The notes beneath the pieces are model-generated. The model was not told the DNA's origin, did no database searches, and saw only the letters and a program-made list of their open reading frames with translations. This document shows positions 37,401 to 47,341 of a stretch of DNA of 64,000 nt, piece after piece. Within the stretch, counting starts at the first letter, position 1. Every line of letters starts with the position of its first letter. The position numbers and the translations under genes were made by a program. Source of the stretch: an uncultured Roseibium sp. (GTDB lineage: Bacteria; Pseudomonadota; Alphaproteobacteria; Rhizobiales; Stappiaceae); NCBI GenBank assembly GCA_963669205.1, contig OY769915.1, positions 2,199,063-2,263,062 of the forward strand, in the 5' to 3' direction.

Positions 37401-38315
37401 ATGAGCAAGCCGCGCTTTCGATGGCATATCGTCGTGTTCCTGGCCCCCGCGGTCCTCGTCTACACGGCCGTCATGATCTTCCCGCTTTTCAACACGTTGC
37501 GCCTTGCTCTTTACAGCAAGATCGAGCAGGAGCGTGTTTTCGTCGGGTTGCAGAACTTCACGACGCTGTTCGGCGATGCCATCTGGGCGGACCAGTTCTG
37601 GAACGCGCTGGGCAACAATTTCTGGTTCTTTCTGATCCACATGCTGGTTCAGAACCCGATCGGAATTGCGCTGGCGGCCATGCTTTCGCACCCAAGGCTC
37701 CGGTTCGCGGCCTTTTACCGCTCCGCGATCTTCATCCCGACGATCCTGTCCTTCGTGATTGTCGGATTTGCGTGGAAACTGATTCTGTCTCCGATCTGGG
37801 GAATCGCGCCGTCGATGCTGGACGCCGTCGGCCTGAAATCGCTCTATGCGCCCTGGCTCGGCAAGGAAGAATACGCGCTGACGACCCTGTCGCTGATCTC
37901 GGTCTGGCAGTTCATCGGCATTCCGATGATGCTCATCTACGCCGCGCTGCTGTCCATTCCGGAGGAAATACTCGAAGCAGGCGAGATCGACGGAATTACC
38001 GGAATGTCCGCATTCTGGAAAATCAAGCTGCCGCTGATCCTGCCGTCCATCGGGATCATTTCGATCCTGACCTTTGTCGGAAACTTCAACGCCTTCGACC
38101 TGATCTACGCGGCACAGGGCGCACTGGCCGGTCCCGATTTCTCGACGGATATCCTCGGCACCTTCCTCTACCGCACGTTCTTCGGCTTCCAGCTGCAACT
38201 GGGCGATCCCTACATGGGCTCGGCGATCGCCAGTGCAATGTTCGGGATCATCCTGGTCGGGGTGTGCATCTATCTCTTCGGCATCCAGACCCGGATGCGC
38301 AGATACCAGCTCTAG
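37401..38315 (+). CDS. sugar ABC transporter permease (MalF/UgpA-like)
   Basis: Six-TM BPD_transp_1 protein with the EAA loop (EAGEIDGITGMSAFWKIKLP). Confidence 0.9.
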   Translation: MSKPRFRWHIVVFLAPAVLVYTAVMIFPLFNTLRLALYSKIEQERVFVGLQNFTTLFGDAIWADQFWNALGNNFWFFLIHMLVQNPIGIALAAMLSHPRLRFAAFYRSAIFIPTILSFVIVGFAWKLILSPIWGIAPSMLDAVGLKSLYAPWLGKEEYALTTLSLISVWQFIGIPMMLIYAALLSIPEEILEAGEIDGITGMSAFWKIKLPLILPSIGIISILTFVGNFNAFDLIYAAQGALAGPDFSTDILGTFLYRTFFGFQLQLGDPYMGSAIASAMFGIILVGVCIYLFGIQTRMRRYQL

Positions 38316-38328
38316 GGGGAGGGGACCA

Positions 38329-39168
38329 ATGAACAAGGCACGTTCCAACCCGATCAACACCGCCGCGATGCACGGCGCGCTGATCCTCTACACGCTGATT
38401 GCGCTGTTTCCGGTTTTCGTGATCCTGATCAACAGTTTCAAGAACCGGAAGGCGATTTTCCGAGAGCCGCTGAGCCTGCCCAATGCCGACAGCTTTTCCA
38501 TGATCGGCTACCAGACGGTGATGAAACAGGGGGACTTTTTCCTCTATTTCCAGAATTCCATGATCGTCACCGTCGTTTCGCTGTTCTTCATTCTGCTTTT
38601 CGGCGCCATGGCTGCCTTTGCGCTCAGCGAATACAGGTTCCGCGGCAACATGCTGATGGGTCTCTATCTGGCGCTCGGCATCATGATCCCGATCCGGATC
38701 GGCACCGTTGCCATCCTGGAAATGATGGTGGCGACGGGCCTGGTCAACACGCTGACGGCCCTCATTCTGGTATATACCGCGCAGGGCCTTCCGCTTGCCG
38801 TGTTCATCCTGTCGGAATTCATGCGGCAGGTATCCGATGATCTGAAAAATGCCGGCCGGATCGACGGGCTCTCCGAATACACGATCTTCTTCCGCCTGGT
38901 TCTGCCGCTGGTGCGCCCGGCCATGGCGACGGTGGCCGTCTTCAACATGATCCCGATCTGGAACGATCTCTGGTTCCCGCTCATTCTGGCGCCGGCCGAG
39001 GAAACCAAGACACTGACGCTGGGAAGCCAGGTCTTCATCGGCCAGTTCGTGACCAACTGGAACGCGGTGCTGTCCGCACTCAGCATGGCAATCCTGCCGG
39101 TTCTCATTCTTTACGTGATTTTCTCGCGTCAGCTCATTCGCGGCATCACTTCAGGAGCGGTCAAATGA
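38329..39168 (+). CDS. sugar ABC transporter permease (MalG/UgpE-like)
   Basis: ATG 38329 is preceded by GGGGGAGGGG. The EAA loop is NAGRIDGLSEYTIFFRLVLP. The track ORF starts earlier, inside the previous gene. Confidence 0.9.
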   Translation: MNKARSNPINTAAMHGALILYTLIALFPVFVILINSFKNRKAIFREPLSLPNADSFSMIGYQTVMKQGDFFLYFQNSMIVTVVSLFFILLFGAMAAFALSEYRFRGNMLMGLYLALGIMIPIRIGTVAILEMMVATGLVNTLTALILVYTAQGLPLAVFILSEFMRQVSDDLKNAGRIDGLSEYTIFFRLVLPLVRPAMATVAVFNMIPIWNDLWFPLILAPAEETKTLTLGSQVFIGQFVTNWNAVLSALSMAILPVLILYVIFSRQLIRGITSGAVK

Positions 39169-40199
39169 TACGTGTCTTGATTGCAGGCCTCGGCAACATG
39201 GGGCTCTCGCACGCATTGGCTCACCACAGGCACGGGGCGTCCGAGATTGTCGGACTCGTCAACCGGTCAGGTGAGGTCGGTCATCCGGAGCTCGCCGGCT
39301 ATCCCGTGTTCACCGACTATAAGGTCGCTCTGGAAAAGACATCTCCCGATCTCGTGGTGATTGCCACCTATTCGGACAGCCACGCGGACTATGCGGTGGC
39401 CGCCATGCTCGCGGGTGCGCATGTCTTTGTCGAGAAACCACTCGCGACAACCGTCGAGGACGCGCGGCGAGTGGTTGCCTGCGCACAGGAGACACAGAAG
39501 AAACTCGTCGTCGGCTATATCCTGCGCCATCATCCGTCCTGGGTCAGGCTGATCGAGGAGGCGCGCGCCCTTGGCGGCCCCTATGTCTTCCGCATGAACC
39601 TCAACCAGCAAAGTTCCGGCGCGGAGTGGGAAACGCACAAGGCCCTGATGGAAACCACGGCGCCGATCGTCGACTGCGGCGTGCACTATGTCGATGTCTG
39701 GTGCCAGATCACGGACGCAAGGCCGGTGAAGGTCAACGGCATGGGGCTGCGGCTGTCCGATGAAATCGCGCCTGACATGTATAACTACGGCCAGTTTCAG
39801 GTAATTTTCGACGATGGGTCCGTCGGCTGGTACGAGGCCGGTTGGGGCCCGATGATGTCCGAAACCGCCTTTTTCGTGAAGGATGTCGTCTCGCCCGCCG
39901 GCTCGGTGTCAATCGTGGAAGGCAACAAGGGTGCCTCGGCGGATGTCGACGGCCACACCAAGGTCGGTGGCCTGCTTGTTCATCGCCCGGAAGGCGACAG
40001 GAGCATCGATCTTCCGGGCGAACCCGGCCATCAGGAACTGTGCGACGTGGAGCAGGCTTACGTTCTGCGCGCGATAACCGAAAACCTTGATCTTTCCCGG
40101 CACATGCAGGACGCGGTGAGTTCGCTGGCGATCTGCATCGCCGCGGATGAAAGCGTCCGCACGGGCCTCCCCGTTTCATTGAAGGAGCCATCGTCATGA
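39165..40199 (+). CDS. Gfo/Idh/MocA family oxidoreductase
   Basis: The N-terminus IRVLIAGLGNMGLSHA is a Rossmann motif, and the EKPLA motif is present. The start overlaps the permease stop (ATGA). Confidence 0.88.
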   Translation: MIRVLIAGLGNMGLSHALAHHRHGASEIVGLVNRSGEVGHPELAGYPVFTDYKVALEKTSPDLVVIATYSDSHADYAVAAMLAGAHVFVEKPLATTVEDARRVVACAQETQKKLVVGYILRHHPSWVRLIEEARALGGPYVFRMNLNQQSSGAEWETHKALMETTAPIVDCGVHYVDVWCQITDARPVKVNGMGLRLSDEIAPDMYNYGQFQVIFDDGSVGWYEAGWGPMMSETAFFVKDVVSPAGSVSIVEGNKGASADVDGHTKVGGLLVHRPEGDRSIDLPGEPGHQELCDVEQAYVLRAITENLDLSRHMQDAVSSLAICIAADESVRTGLPVSLKEPSS

Positions 40200-41194
40200 C
40201 GGCGCTCACGCTCAAGAACGTCAACAAGTCCTTCGGGTCCGTGCATGTCCTCAAGGATGTCAACCTGGACGTCGAGGACGGCGAATTCGTCGTTTTCGTC
40301 GGACCGTCGGGATGCGGCAAGTCGACCTTGCTGCGCGTCATCGCCGGTCTGGAGGATGTCACGTCGGGCGACATTCATATCGGCGGCGAACAGGTAAACT
40401 TCACGCCGCCCTCAAAGCGCGGCATCGCGATGGTGTTCCAGAGCTACGCGCTTTACCCGCACCTGAACGTACGGGGCAACATGTCGCTCGCCCTGAAACA
40501 GGAGCGCCAGCCCAAGGACGTGATCGACCAGCGTATTGCCGAAGCAACGCGCATGCTCAATCTGGAAGACTATCTCGACAGATTTCCGTCCGAACTTTCC
40601 GGCGGTCAGCGCCAGCGCGTTGCCATCGGGCGGGCGATCGTACGGCATCCGAAACTGTTTCTGTTCGATGAACCGCTCTCAAATCTCGATGCCGCGCTCC
40701 GGATGAACACGCGTCTCGAGATCGCCAACCTTCACAGGCAGCTCGAGGCGTCGATGATCTACGTGACCCACGACCAGTCCGAGGCGATGACGCTGGCGGA
40801 CAAGATCGTTGTGCTGCGCGACGGGTATGTGGAGCAGATCGGAAGCCCGATGGAGCTCTATAACAACCCGGTCAACAAGTTCGTCGCGGGCTTTCTCGGA
40901 TCGCCGGCCATGAATTTCCTGCCCGCCGGTCTCCTGAGCGAGGGAGACGAACGTACGCTCGGGGTCCGTCCGGAAGACCTTTATCTGTCCGACAGCGGCG
41001 GCCTCCAGGCAACCGTTGAACATGTCGAGCATCTCGGCGGCGACACCAACGTGATCGCGATGGTCAAGGGACACCAGGTTACCGCCAGGCTATTCGGCCA
41101 GCACGCCATTGAACCGGGCAGGGATCTTGATTTCGGCATCTCCGAAGGCAAGTCCTACTACTTTGACGCCGCTGGAGACCGGCTGAGCGCTTGA
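40196..41194 (+). CDS. sugar ABC transporter ATP-binding protein (UgpC/MalK-like)
   Basis: Walker A is GPSGCGKST, the signature motif is LSGGQRQRVA and Walker B is LFLFDEPLSNLD. A C-terminal TOBE-like domain is present. The start overlaps the preceding stop. Confidence 0.95.
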   Translation: MTALTLKNVNKSFGSVHVLKDVNLDVEDGEFVVFVGPSGCGKSTLLRVIAGLEDVTSGDIHIGGEQVNFTPPSKRGIAMVFQSYALYPHLNVRGNMSLALKQERQPKDVIDQRIAEATRMLNLEDYLDRFPSELSGGQRQRVAIGRAIVRHPKLFLFDEPLSNLDAALRMNTRLEIANLHRQLEASMIYVTHDQSEAMTLADKIVVLRDGYVEQIGSPMELYNNPVNKFVAGFLGSPAMNFLPAGLLSEGDERTLGVRPEDLYLSDSGGLQATVEHVEHLGGDTNVIAMVKGHQVTARLFGQHAIEPGRDLDFGISEGKSYYFDAAGDRLSA

Positions 41195-41243
41195 GGCAAG
41201 GAATATTCCGTTTGCGGGTACGAGGACGGGCCGGCAGGCCGCA

Positions 41244-41843
41244 TCAGGCTGCGCAACGCAAGCCCGCCCGTTCCGGTACCTCACGAAGGAGATGGCGCAG
41301 TTGCTGTTTGGCCCTCAGGGTCCGCGTCTTGACGGTTCCCACCGGACATCCGAGCATCTCCGCTATTTCCGCATGACGGTAACCCTGGAAGTAGATGAGC
41401 TCGACAACCGCTCGCAGTTCGGGCTTCAGTCGCTCCAGCGCCCTGAAGATATCCTGCCTTTGGATCGCATTTGCCGTCATGTCCCGCGGGTCGCTGATCG
41501 GACATGCGTCGATATCGAGATCCAGCTGCCGCCTGGCCAGCTTTTGCCGTTTTTTCATGGCGATCCGATAGGCGATACCGAACATCCAGGTCGAGACCTT
41601 CGAGCGCTTCTGAAAATTTGCGGACGACCGCCACATCACAAGTAAAGTGTCGTTGGCGACTTCCTCTGCCGCCGCGTGGTCGCCGGTAACCCGGTGCGCG
41701 AAAGTCCTGAGCTTCACGAAATGTCGTTGATGAATGGTCCTGAACGCCCGCTGGTCACCCTTCGTCACGGCTACCAGAAGCTGGAAATCATCAGGACCCA
41801 TGGTGCGGGCGTTGTCGTCTTGAGTGGAACGGGTGGTTTCCAT
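41244..41843 (-). CDS. ECF-type RNA polymerase sigma-70 family factor
   Basis: A region 2 motif (…AEEVANDTLLVMWRS…STWMFGIAYR) and a region 4 HTH (YFQGYRHAEIAEMLGCPVGTVKTRTLRAKQQL) are present. Confidence 0.9.
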   Translation of the reverse strand: METTRSTQDDNARTMGPDDFQLLVAVTKGDQRAFRTIHQRHFVKLRTFAHRVTGDHAAAEEVANDTLLVMWRSSANFQKRSKVSTWMFGIAYRIAMKKRQKLARRQLDLDIDACPISDPRDMTANAIQRQDIFRALERLKPELRAVVELIYFQGYRHAEIAEMLGCPVGTVKTRTLRAKQQLRHLLREVPERAGLRCAA

Positions 41844-42219
41844 CGCAGCTATCGAACCTCAAGCATGAAACGAGCGTTCGCCGGCAAGGGAGAGCACCGG
41901 CGTTCACGGTTTCCTGTTGTTAAAGAACTGACGTTCCGGGGGGTTCCGAAGAACCTTCGCTTACGATGAGGGAATGTTCCCGCGAAGGCTTATGACGCGC
42001 GTCACAACCAATGGGCGGTCTGCCGCGCAGGCGCACCTGTCCGGTACCGGGCGGTCTCCACTCCGGGACCCGGGAGCCACAAGGTTCTCTTTGATCGTTT
42101 AGCCTTCAGACGCAGGGAATATTGGTTCCCTGTCCTGCCGCTGACACGGCAAACCGGGACGACAAAACCGGAGAGCAGTCGGCCTGACGCGGCGGTGACA
42201 CCCGCCTGCAATCGGCCGC

Positions 42220-42250
42220 AAAAAAATCCCGCCGGCCTGGGGCCGGCGGG
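42220..42250 (-). terminator. Rho-independent terminator downstream of the RTX gene
   Basis: The minus strand reads cccgccggcc-ccag-ggccggcggg followed by attttttt. It lies about 27 nt after the stop codon. Confidence 0.75.
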
Positions 42251-42276
42251 AAACATGCAAAGGTATGGCGCAAAAA

Positions 42277-44073
42277 TTATGCAAACAGAAAGGCGTCGGT
42301 GCTGAAATCTTCCACCGACGCGTTCTCGAAGGTCAGAAGTTTGCCGTTGACATCGAGTTGCACGTCATCGCCGATCTGCGTCAGCTGGTCGACCAGGTCG
42401 GTCGCCGTCAGACCTGCATCGGTCACGAAAAGCAGGCTGTCGACCCCGATTTCGAAGTCGGTGATGATCTTGACGCCCGTATCGTCCTGGGTGAACACGA
42501 ACGTGTCGGCACCTGCGCCGCCGGACAGGATGTCCAGACCCGAACCGCTCTGGATCACGTTGTCCTGATCATCGCCCGCGATGACGTCGTTGAAGTCCGT
42601 ACCAATGACGTTCTCGAAATTGACGGCCGTGGAGCTGTCGCCGAGCGATCCCGTCGTCAGGTCGACGTCGACGCCTTCGGAAGCTTTGGAGAGGTCCAGG
42701 GTGTCGATGCCGTCACCACCATCGAGATCGAGTTCAATCTCCTCCAGAACGGTGTCGACGATTTGTGCGGTGTCGTCACCGCCGCCGAAATTGGTTTCAA
42801 GCACTTCCGTATTGCGGATGTCGAGCTGGAACAGGCCGTTGACCGTCTGGTCGTTCACTTCCACCCGCGCGAATTTCACACCCTCCGGGGTCACCGAGAA
42901 TTCCGCCACGTCCTTGTTCTGAAGATCGTCATTGACGAGATCGGTGTTGAAGTTGACCTGGACGCGGTCATGGTCGGCGCCGCCATCCATCAGGTCCGAA
43001 CCGTCACCATTGTTCCACACAAGCAGGTCGTCACCGTCTTCGCCAAAGACGAAGTCGTTGCCCTTGTTGGCGACAAGGATGTCGTTGCCGCCGCCGCCAT
43101 AGATCGTGTCGACGCCGCCAAGCCCGGAAATGATATTGTCCTGGTCGTCTCCGGTGATCTTGTCGTCGAACTCCGTCCCGATGACGTTTTCGAAGTTGAC
43201 TGCCTTGGACCCTTCTACGGTACCTGCATCGAGATCGACGTCGACGCCTTCGGCAGCTCTGGAGAGGTCCAGGGTGTCGATGCCGTCTCCTCCATCCAGG
43301 TCGAGCCTGATTTCCTCCAGAACGGTGTCGACGATCTGCGCGGTATCGTCACCGCCGCCGAAATTGGTCTCCAGAACCTCGGTCTTGCGAATGTCGAGCT
43401 GGAACAGACCGTTGACGTTCTGGTCGTTGAGCTCAACCCGCGCGAACTGGACGCCCTGCGGTGTCACCGAGAACTCGGCGACATCCTTGTTCTGCAGATC
43501 GTTGTTGACGAGATCGGTGTTGAAGTTGACCTGGACGCGGTCGTAACCGCTGCCGCCGTGCATGAGATCGGAGCCGTCGCCATTGTTCCAGACCAGAAGG
43601 TCGTCACCGGAACCGCCGAACATGCGGTCATTGCCCTTGTTGCCGACGAGGCGATCATAGCCCTTGCCGCCGCGCAGCGTGTCTTCGCCGTCACCGCCGT
43701 TCAGGTTGTCATTGCCGTGGCCGCCGAAAATCCTGTCGTTCCCCGTGCCGCCAAAGGCGATGTCGTTACCGTAGCCGCCGAAAATCTTGTCATTCCCCGC
43801 GCCGCCAAAGGCAAAGTCGTTGCCGTAGCCGCCGAAGATCTTGTCGTTGCCTTTCCCGCCGAACATCAGGTCGTGGCCGAACCCGCCAAAGATCTTGTCA
43901 TTGCCGTGGCCGCCGAAAAGGAAGTCGTTTCCAAAGCCGCCGAAAATCTTGTCGTTGCCGCCATTGCCGAAAATGAAGTCGGACGCGAAACCTCCGAAGA
44001 GCAGCTCACCCTTGTCGGAGCCGTTGATGAACTGGGGTTTGAAGAAATTCAGAAAGGAATAAAGGAAGCTCAT
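42277..44073 (-). CDS. RTX (hemolysin-type calcium-binding repeat) secreted protein with internal 191-aa tandem duplication
   Basis: 598 aa with no signal peptide. About 14 consecutive GGxGNDxxF nonapeptides occupy residues ~27-160. Two ~191-aa units follow, each ending in further GGxGxD repeats. The hydrophobic/acidic C-terminal tail (…EDFSTDAFLFA) is consistent with a T1SS signal. Confidence 0.9.
   Translation of the reverse strand: MSFLYSFLNFFKPQFINGSDKGELLFGGFASDFIFGNGGNDKIFGGFGNDFLFGGHGNDKIFGGFGHDLMFGGKGNDKIFGGYGNDFAFGGAGNDKIFGGYGNDIAFGGTGNDRIFGGHGNDNLNGGDGEDTLRGGKGYDRLVGNKGNDRMFGGSGDDLLVWNNGDGSDLMHGGSGYDRVQVNFNTDLVNNDLQNKDVAEFSVTPQGVQFARVELNDQNVNGLFQLDIRKTEVLETNFGGGDDTAQIVDTVLEEIRLDLDGGDGIDTLDLSRAAEGVDVDLDAGTVEGSKAVNFENVIGTEFDDKITGDDQDNIISGLGGVDTIYGGGGNDILVANKGNDFVFGEDGDDLLVWNNGDGSDLMDGGADHDRVQVNFNTDLVNDDLQNKDVAEFSVTPEGVKFARVEVNDQTVNGLFQLDIRNTEVLETNFGGGDDTAQIVDTVLEEIELDLDGGDGIDTLDLSKASEGVDVDLTTGSLGDSSTAVNFENVIGTDFNDVIAGDDQDNVIQSGSGLDILSGGAGADTFVFTQDDTGVKIITDFEIGVDSLLFVTDAGLTATDLVDQLTQIGDDVQLDVNGKLLTFENASVEDFSTDAFLFA
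42463..43608 (-). repeat. two diverged tandem copies (about 573 nt each) of a 191-aa module inside the RTX gene
   Basis: Unit 1 is residues 156-346 (43036-43608) and unit 2 is residues 347-~537 (42463-43035). The protein sequences are near-identical over long stretches (GDDLLVWNNGDGSDLM.GG...DRVQVNFNTDLVN.DLQNKDVAEFSVTP.GV.FARVE.NDQ.VNGLFQLDIR.TEVLETNFGGGDDTAQIVDTVLEEI). DNA identity is visibly lower, with many synonymous differences. Confidence 0.85.
43594..43995 (-). repeat. coding tandem repeat (27/54-nt period) encoding the N-terminal RTX nonapeptide block
   Basis: Reiterated gccgccgaa(a/g)atcttgtc(a/g)tt(g/c)cc... units are visible on the plus strand. They translate to GG(F/Y/H)GND(K/F)IF repeats. 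Confidence 0.8.
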
Positions 44074-44253
44074 TGCAGATCTCCTGTTGTATGAAACACA
44101 CCATCTGCGCCCGCCCGAAACGGCGATCTAAACTGAAACGGTCAAAATGGATCACGCGCTGGTGTCCCCGCTTGTGCGAGTACCTCTTGGTGCCCTGGGC
44201 GCGCGGAAAGGTTCGAAAAAAATCGCAAGGCGAGGTTTTCCTGATCGTGGCAC

Positions 44254-44283
44254 AAAAAAAACCGCCCGGGTTTCCCCGGGCGG
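44254..44283 (-). terminator. Rho-independent terminator downstream of pntB
   Basis: The minus strand reads ccgcccggg-gaaa-cccgggcgg followed by tttttttt. It lies about 30 nt after the pntB stop. Confidence 0.8.
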
Positions 44284-44311
44284 TGGTCGTTGAACGGATG
44301 AGCCTGACGGC

Positions 44312-45745
44312 TTACTCGATCATCGTGAGCAGCTTGTCGAGGCTGGCCTTGGCATCGCCGTAATACATGCGGGTGTTTTCTTTGTAGAACAGCGGATTTT
44401 CGATGCCGGAATAGCCGGTGCCCTGGCCGCGTTTGGAGACGAACACCTGCTTGGCTTTCCAGACTTCCAGAACCGGCATGCCGGCGATCGGTGAGTTCGG
44501 ATCTTCCTGCGCCGCCGGATTGACGATGTCGTTGGACCCGATGACGATCGCCACATCCGTTTCCGGGAAATCCTCGTTGATCTCGTCCATCTCCAGAACG
44601 ATGTCGTAAGGCACCTTCGCTTCGGCCAGAAGCACGTTCATGTGGCCCGGCAAACGGCCCGCGACCGGGTGAATGGCGAAGCGGACATTCTTGCCCTTGG
44701 CACGCAGGCGCTTGGTGAGTTCGCTCACGGACTGCTGCGCCTGGGCAACCGCCATGCCGTATCCCGGAATGATGATGACATTGTCGGCATCGTCGAGCGC
44801 TGCCGCAACACCGTCCGCGTCGATCGCGATCTGCTCGCCTTCGACTTCCATCGCAGGGCCGGCCGTGTTGCCGAAACCGCCGAGAATGACCGAAATGAAC
44901 GAGCGGTTCATCGCCTTGCACATGATGTAGGACAGGATCGCACCGGACGAGCCGACAAGAGCGCCGACCACGATCAAGAGGTCGTTGCCCAGGGAGAAGC
45001 CGATGGCCGCCGCCGCCCAGCCCGAATAGCTGTTGAGCATGGACACAACAACGGGCATGTCCGCGCCGCCGATCCCCATGATCAGGTGATAGCCGATGAA
45101 GAAGGCCAGCAGCGTCATGAGAATAAGCGTCCAGATCCCGGCACCGCTCAGGAACAGGATCAGAAGGATGAAGGACAGGATGGCAGCGCCGGCATTGAGG
45201 GCATGTCCGCCCGGCAGCTTTTCCGCCTTGGACGTGATCTTGCCCGCAAGCTTGCCGAAGGCGACGACGGAGCCGGTAAAGGTGACGGCACCGATGAAGA
45301 CGCCGAGGAAAACCTCGACTTTCAGAATCGCCTGCTCGGCGCTGGTCTTCTTGGCCAGGAGGGCAGCAAAGCCTTCCAGCGCCTTGCGCTCGTCTTCGCT
45401 CATCGCGAGCACGCGGCCAAGCTCGATATAGGCGTTGAAGCCCACGAACACGGCTGCGAGACCGACAAGCGAGTGCATCGCGGCGACCAGCTGGGGCATT
45501 TCCGTCATCTGGACGCGCTGGGCGACGAAATAACCGATGACACCGCCGGCGGCGATCAGGAGCAAGGAGAGCAGCCAGAGGCCGGAGCCCGGACCGATGA
45601 GCGTGGCGACGACGGCAAGCGCCATGCCGGCAATGCCGTACCAGACGGCGCGTTTTGCGCTTTCCTCACCCGAGAGACCCCCGAGCGAAAGAATGAACAG
45701 AACAGCCGCAACCACGTAGACGGCAGTGGTGAAACCGAATTCCAT
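44312..45745 (-). CDS. pntB: NAD(P) transhydrogenase subunit beta
   Basis: Full-length PntB-like sequence: an N-terminal polytopic membrane domain and a C-terminal NADP(H)-binding domain (…[14 protein letters not shown]…[20 protein letters not shown]…). Confidence 0.95.
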   Translation of the reverse strand: MEFGFTTAVYVVAAVLFILSLGGLSGEESAKRAVWYGIAGMALAVVATLIGPGSGLWLLSLLLIAAGGVIGYFVAQRVQMTEMPQLVAAMHSLVGLAAVFVGFNAYIELGRVLAMSEDERKALEGFAALLAKKTSAEQAILKVEVFLGVFIGAVTFTGSVVAFGKLAGKITSKAEKLPGGHALNAGAAILSFILLILFLSGAGIWTLILMTLLAFFIGYHLIMGIGGADMPVVVSMLNSYSGWAAAAIGFSLGNDLLIVVGALVGSSGAILSYIMCKAMNRSFISVILGGFGNTAGPAMEVEGEQIAIDADGVAAALDDADNVIIIPGYGMAVAQAQQSVSELTKRLRAKGKNVRFAIHPVAGRLPGHMNVLLAEAKVPYDIVLEMDEINEDFPETDVAIVIGSNDIVNPAAQEDPNSPIAGMPVLEVWKAKQVFVSKRGQGTGYSGIENPLFYKENTRMYYGDAKASLDKLLTMIE

Positions 45746-45757
45746 GGGTCGGGCTCC

Positions 45758-47341
45758 TTAAGACTTCTGGAACATGGCGAGCATGCGCCGTGTGACGAGG
45801 AAACCGCCGAAAATATTGATCCCGGCCATGAAGATGGACAGTCCGGCCAGCAGGATGATGAGGAAGGACCCCGACCCCACCTGCAGCAGCGCGCCGACGA
45901 TGATGATCGACGAAATTGCGTTGGTGACCGCCATCAGCGGCGTGTGCAGCGAGTGGCTGACATTCCAGATGACCTGGAAGCCGACGAAAACGGCCAGTAC
46001 GAACACGATGAAGTGCTGCAGGAAACTCGCAGGCGCGATCAGACCGACAAGCAGCATCAGGATGCCGCCGACCGTGAGCAGCGTGACCTGCTGCTTGGTC
46101 TGCGCCTTGAAGGCAGCTGCCTCCGCGGCCCGCTTTTCCTCCGGTGTCAGTTCCTTCGGCTTTTCCTTCGACTTCGCGGCGATTGCCTGAACCTTCGGAG
46201 GGGGAGGCGGGAAGGTGATTTCACCCTGATGTGTGACCGTCGCGCCCCGGATGACGTCGTCTTCCATGTTGTGGACGAGCTGACCGTCCTTTTCCGGTGT
46301 CAGGTCCGTCATCATGTGGCGGACATTCGTCGCGTAGAGACTTGAGGACTGCGCTGCCATGCGCGAGGGGAAGTCCGTATAGCCGATGATCGTGACACCG
46401 TTGTCCGTGACGACCTTCTTGTCCGCCTCGGTGCCTTCCACGTTGCCGCCGCGCTCGGCGGCAAGGTCGATGATCACCGAGCCCGGCTTCATCGCCTTGA
46501 CCATGTCTTCAAGCCAGAGCTTCGGCGCGGGCCGGTTCGGAATGAGGGCCGTCGTGATGACGATGTCCATCTCCGGCGCCAACTCGCGGAACTTGGCAAG
46601 CTGGGCCTCGCGGAACTCCGGCGACGACACGCTGGCATAGCCGCCCGTGGCCGCGCCGTCCGTCTGTTCTTCCTCAAAGTCGAGATAGACGAACTCGGCG
46701 CCCATGGATTCGACCTGTTCGGCCACTTCCGGGCGCACGTCGAAAGCGTAGGTAATTGCACCGAGCGAGGTTGACGTGCCGATGGCCGCAAGGCCTGCCA
46801 CACCGGCGCCGACCACCAGGACCTTGGCGGGCGGGACCTTGCCCGCTGCCGTGATCTGACCGGTGAAGAAGCGCCCGAAATTATTGCCGGCCTCTATGAC
46901 CGCACGGTAACCGGCGATATTGGCCATGGAGGAAAGCGCGTCCATCTTCTGGGCGCGCGAGATGCGGGGCACCATTTCCATCGCGATGACATTGGCACCC
47001 TTTTCCTTCGCGGCCTCAAGCCCGGCCTCGTTGCCGCCCGGGTTGAAGAACGAAATCAGGGTCTTGGCTGCCGTCAGATAGCCAAGCTCCTTGTCTTCCG
47101 GTTGGCGCACCTTGGCGATGATGTCGGACTGCTTCCAGAGGCTGGGCGCCGTCTTGACGATTTCGACACCGGCTTCCTTGTAAGCCTCGTCGGAAAAACC
47201 GGCTGCTTTGCCGGCACCGCTCTGAACGAGACAGGTATAACCGAGCTTTTGCAGCTGCTTCGCTGATTCCGGGGTCATGGCCACGCGGGCCTCCCCGGGG
47301 AAAATTTCCTTGGGTGTGCCGATCTTTAGGGCTTCTGACAT
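45758..47341 (-). CDS. pntA: NAD(P) transhydrogenase subunit alpha (full-length, with C-terminal membrane domain)
   Basis: The start [26 protein letters not shown] is at ATG 47341, the 59th codon of the track ORF. An alanine-dehydrogenase-like dI domain with [15 protein letters not shown] is present, and the C-terminus has 4 TM segments. Confidence 0.95.
   Translation of the reverse strand: MSEALKIGTPKEIFPGEARVAMTPESAKQLQKLGYTCLVQSGAGKAAGFSDEAYKEAGVEIVKTAPSLWKQSDIIAKVRQPEDKELGYLTAAKTLISFFNPGGNEAGLEAAKEKGANVIAMEMVPRISRAQKMDALSSMANIAGYRAVIEAGNNFGRFFTGQITAAGKVPPAKVLVVGAGVAGLAAIGTSTSLGAITYAFDVRPEVAEQVESMGAEFVYLDFEEEQTDGAATGGYASVSSPEFREAQLAKFRELAPEMDIVITTALIPNRPAPKLWLEDMVKAMKPGSVIIDLAAERGGNVEGTEADKKVVTDNGVTIIGYTDFPSRMAAQSSSLYATNVRHMMTDLTPEKDGQLVHNMEDDVIRGATVTHQGEITFPPPPPKVQAIAAKSKEKPKELTPEEKRAAEAAAFKAQTKQQVTLLTVGGILMLLVGLIAPASFLQHFIVFVLAVFVGFQVIWNVSHSLHTPLMAVTNAISSIIIVGALLQVGSGSFLIILLAGLSIFMAGINIFGGFLVTRRMLAMFQKS

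Noticed and set aside
37185-38360. 391-aa minus-strand ORF and 303-aa alternative plus-frame ORF (37421-38332) over the first ABC permease
   Set aside because: The frame at 37401-38315 gives a textbook six-TM permease with an EAA loop. The other two frames give Arg/Asp/Pro-rich nonsense.
43594-43995. Regular short tandem repeats that could be mistaken for a CRISPR or VNTR array
   Set aside because: The period is 27/54 nt and is in frame within the RTX ORF, where it encodes GGxGNDxxF nonapeptides. There are no unique spacers, so it is not a CRISPR array.
42265-44094. 609-aa ORF on the plus strand covering the whole RTX gene
   Set aside because: It is an antisense shadow of the RTX gene. Its translation is low-complexity (V/D/A/E-rich, e.g. 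VVTAAEIG..., VAAEN...). That composition comes from reading GGxGxD-rich codons backwards. The minus-strand frame has canonical RTX repeats, a terminator and a sensible start.
44642-46345. 567-aa plus-strand ORF across pntB/pntA
   Set aside because: It is antisense to two unmistakable transhydrogenase genes. The translation is Arg/Asp/Gly/Glu-rich with no motifs, which is typical of a high-GC shadow ORF.
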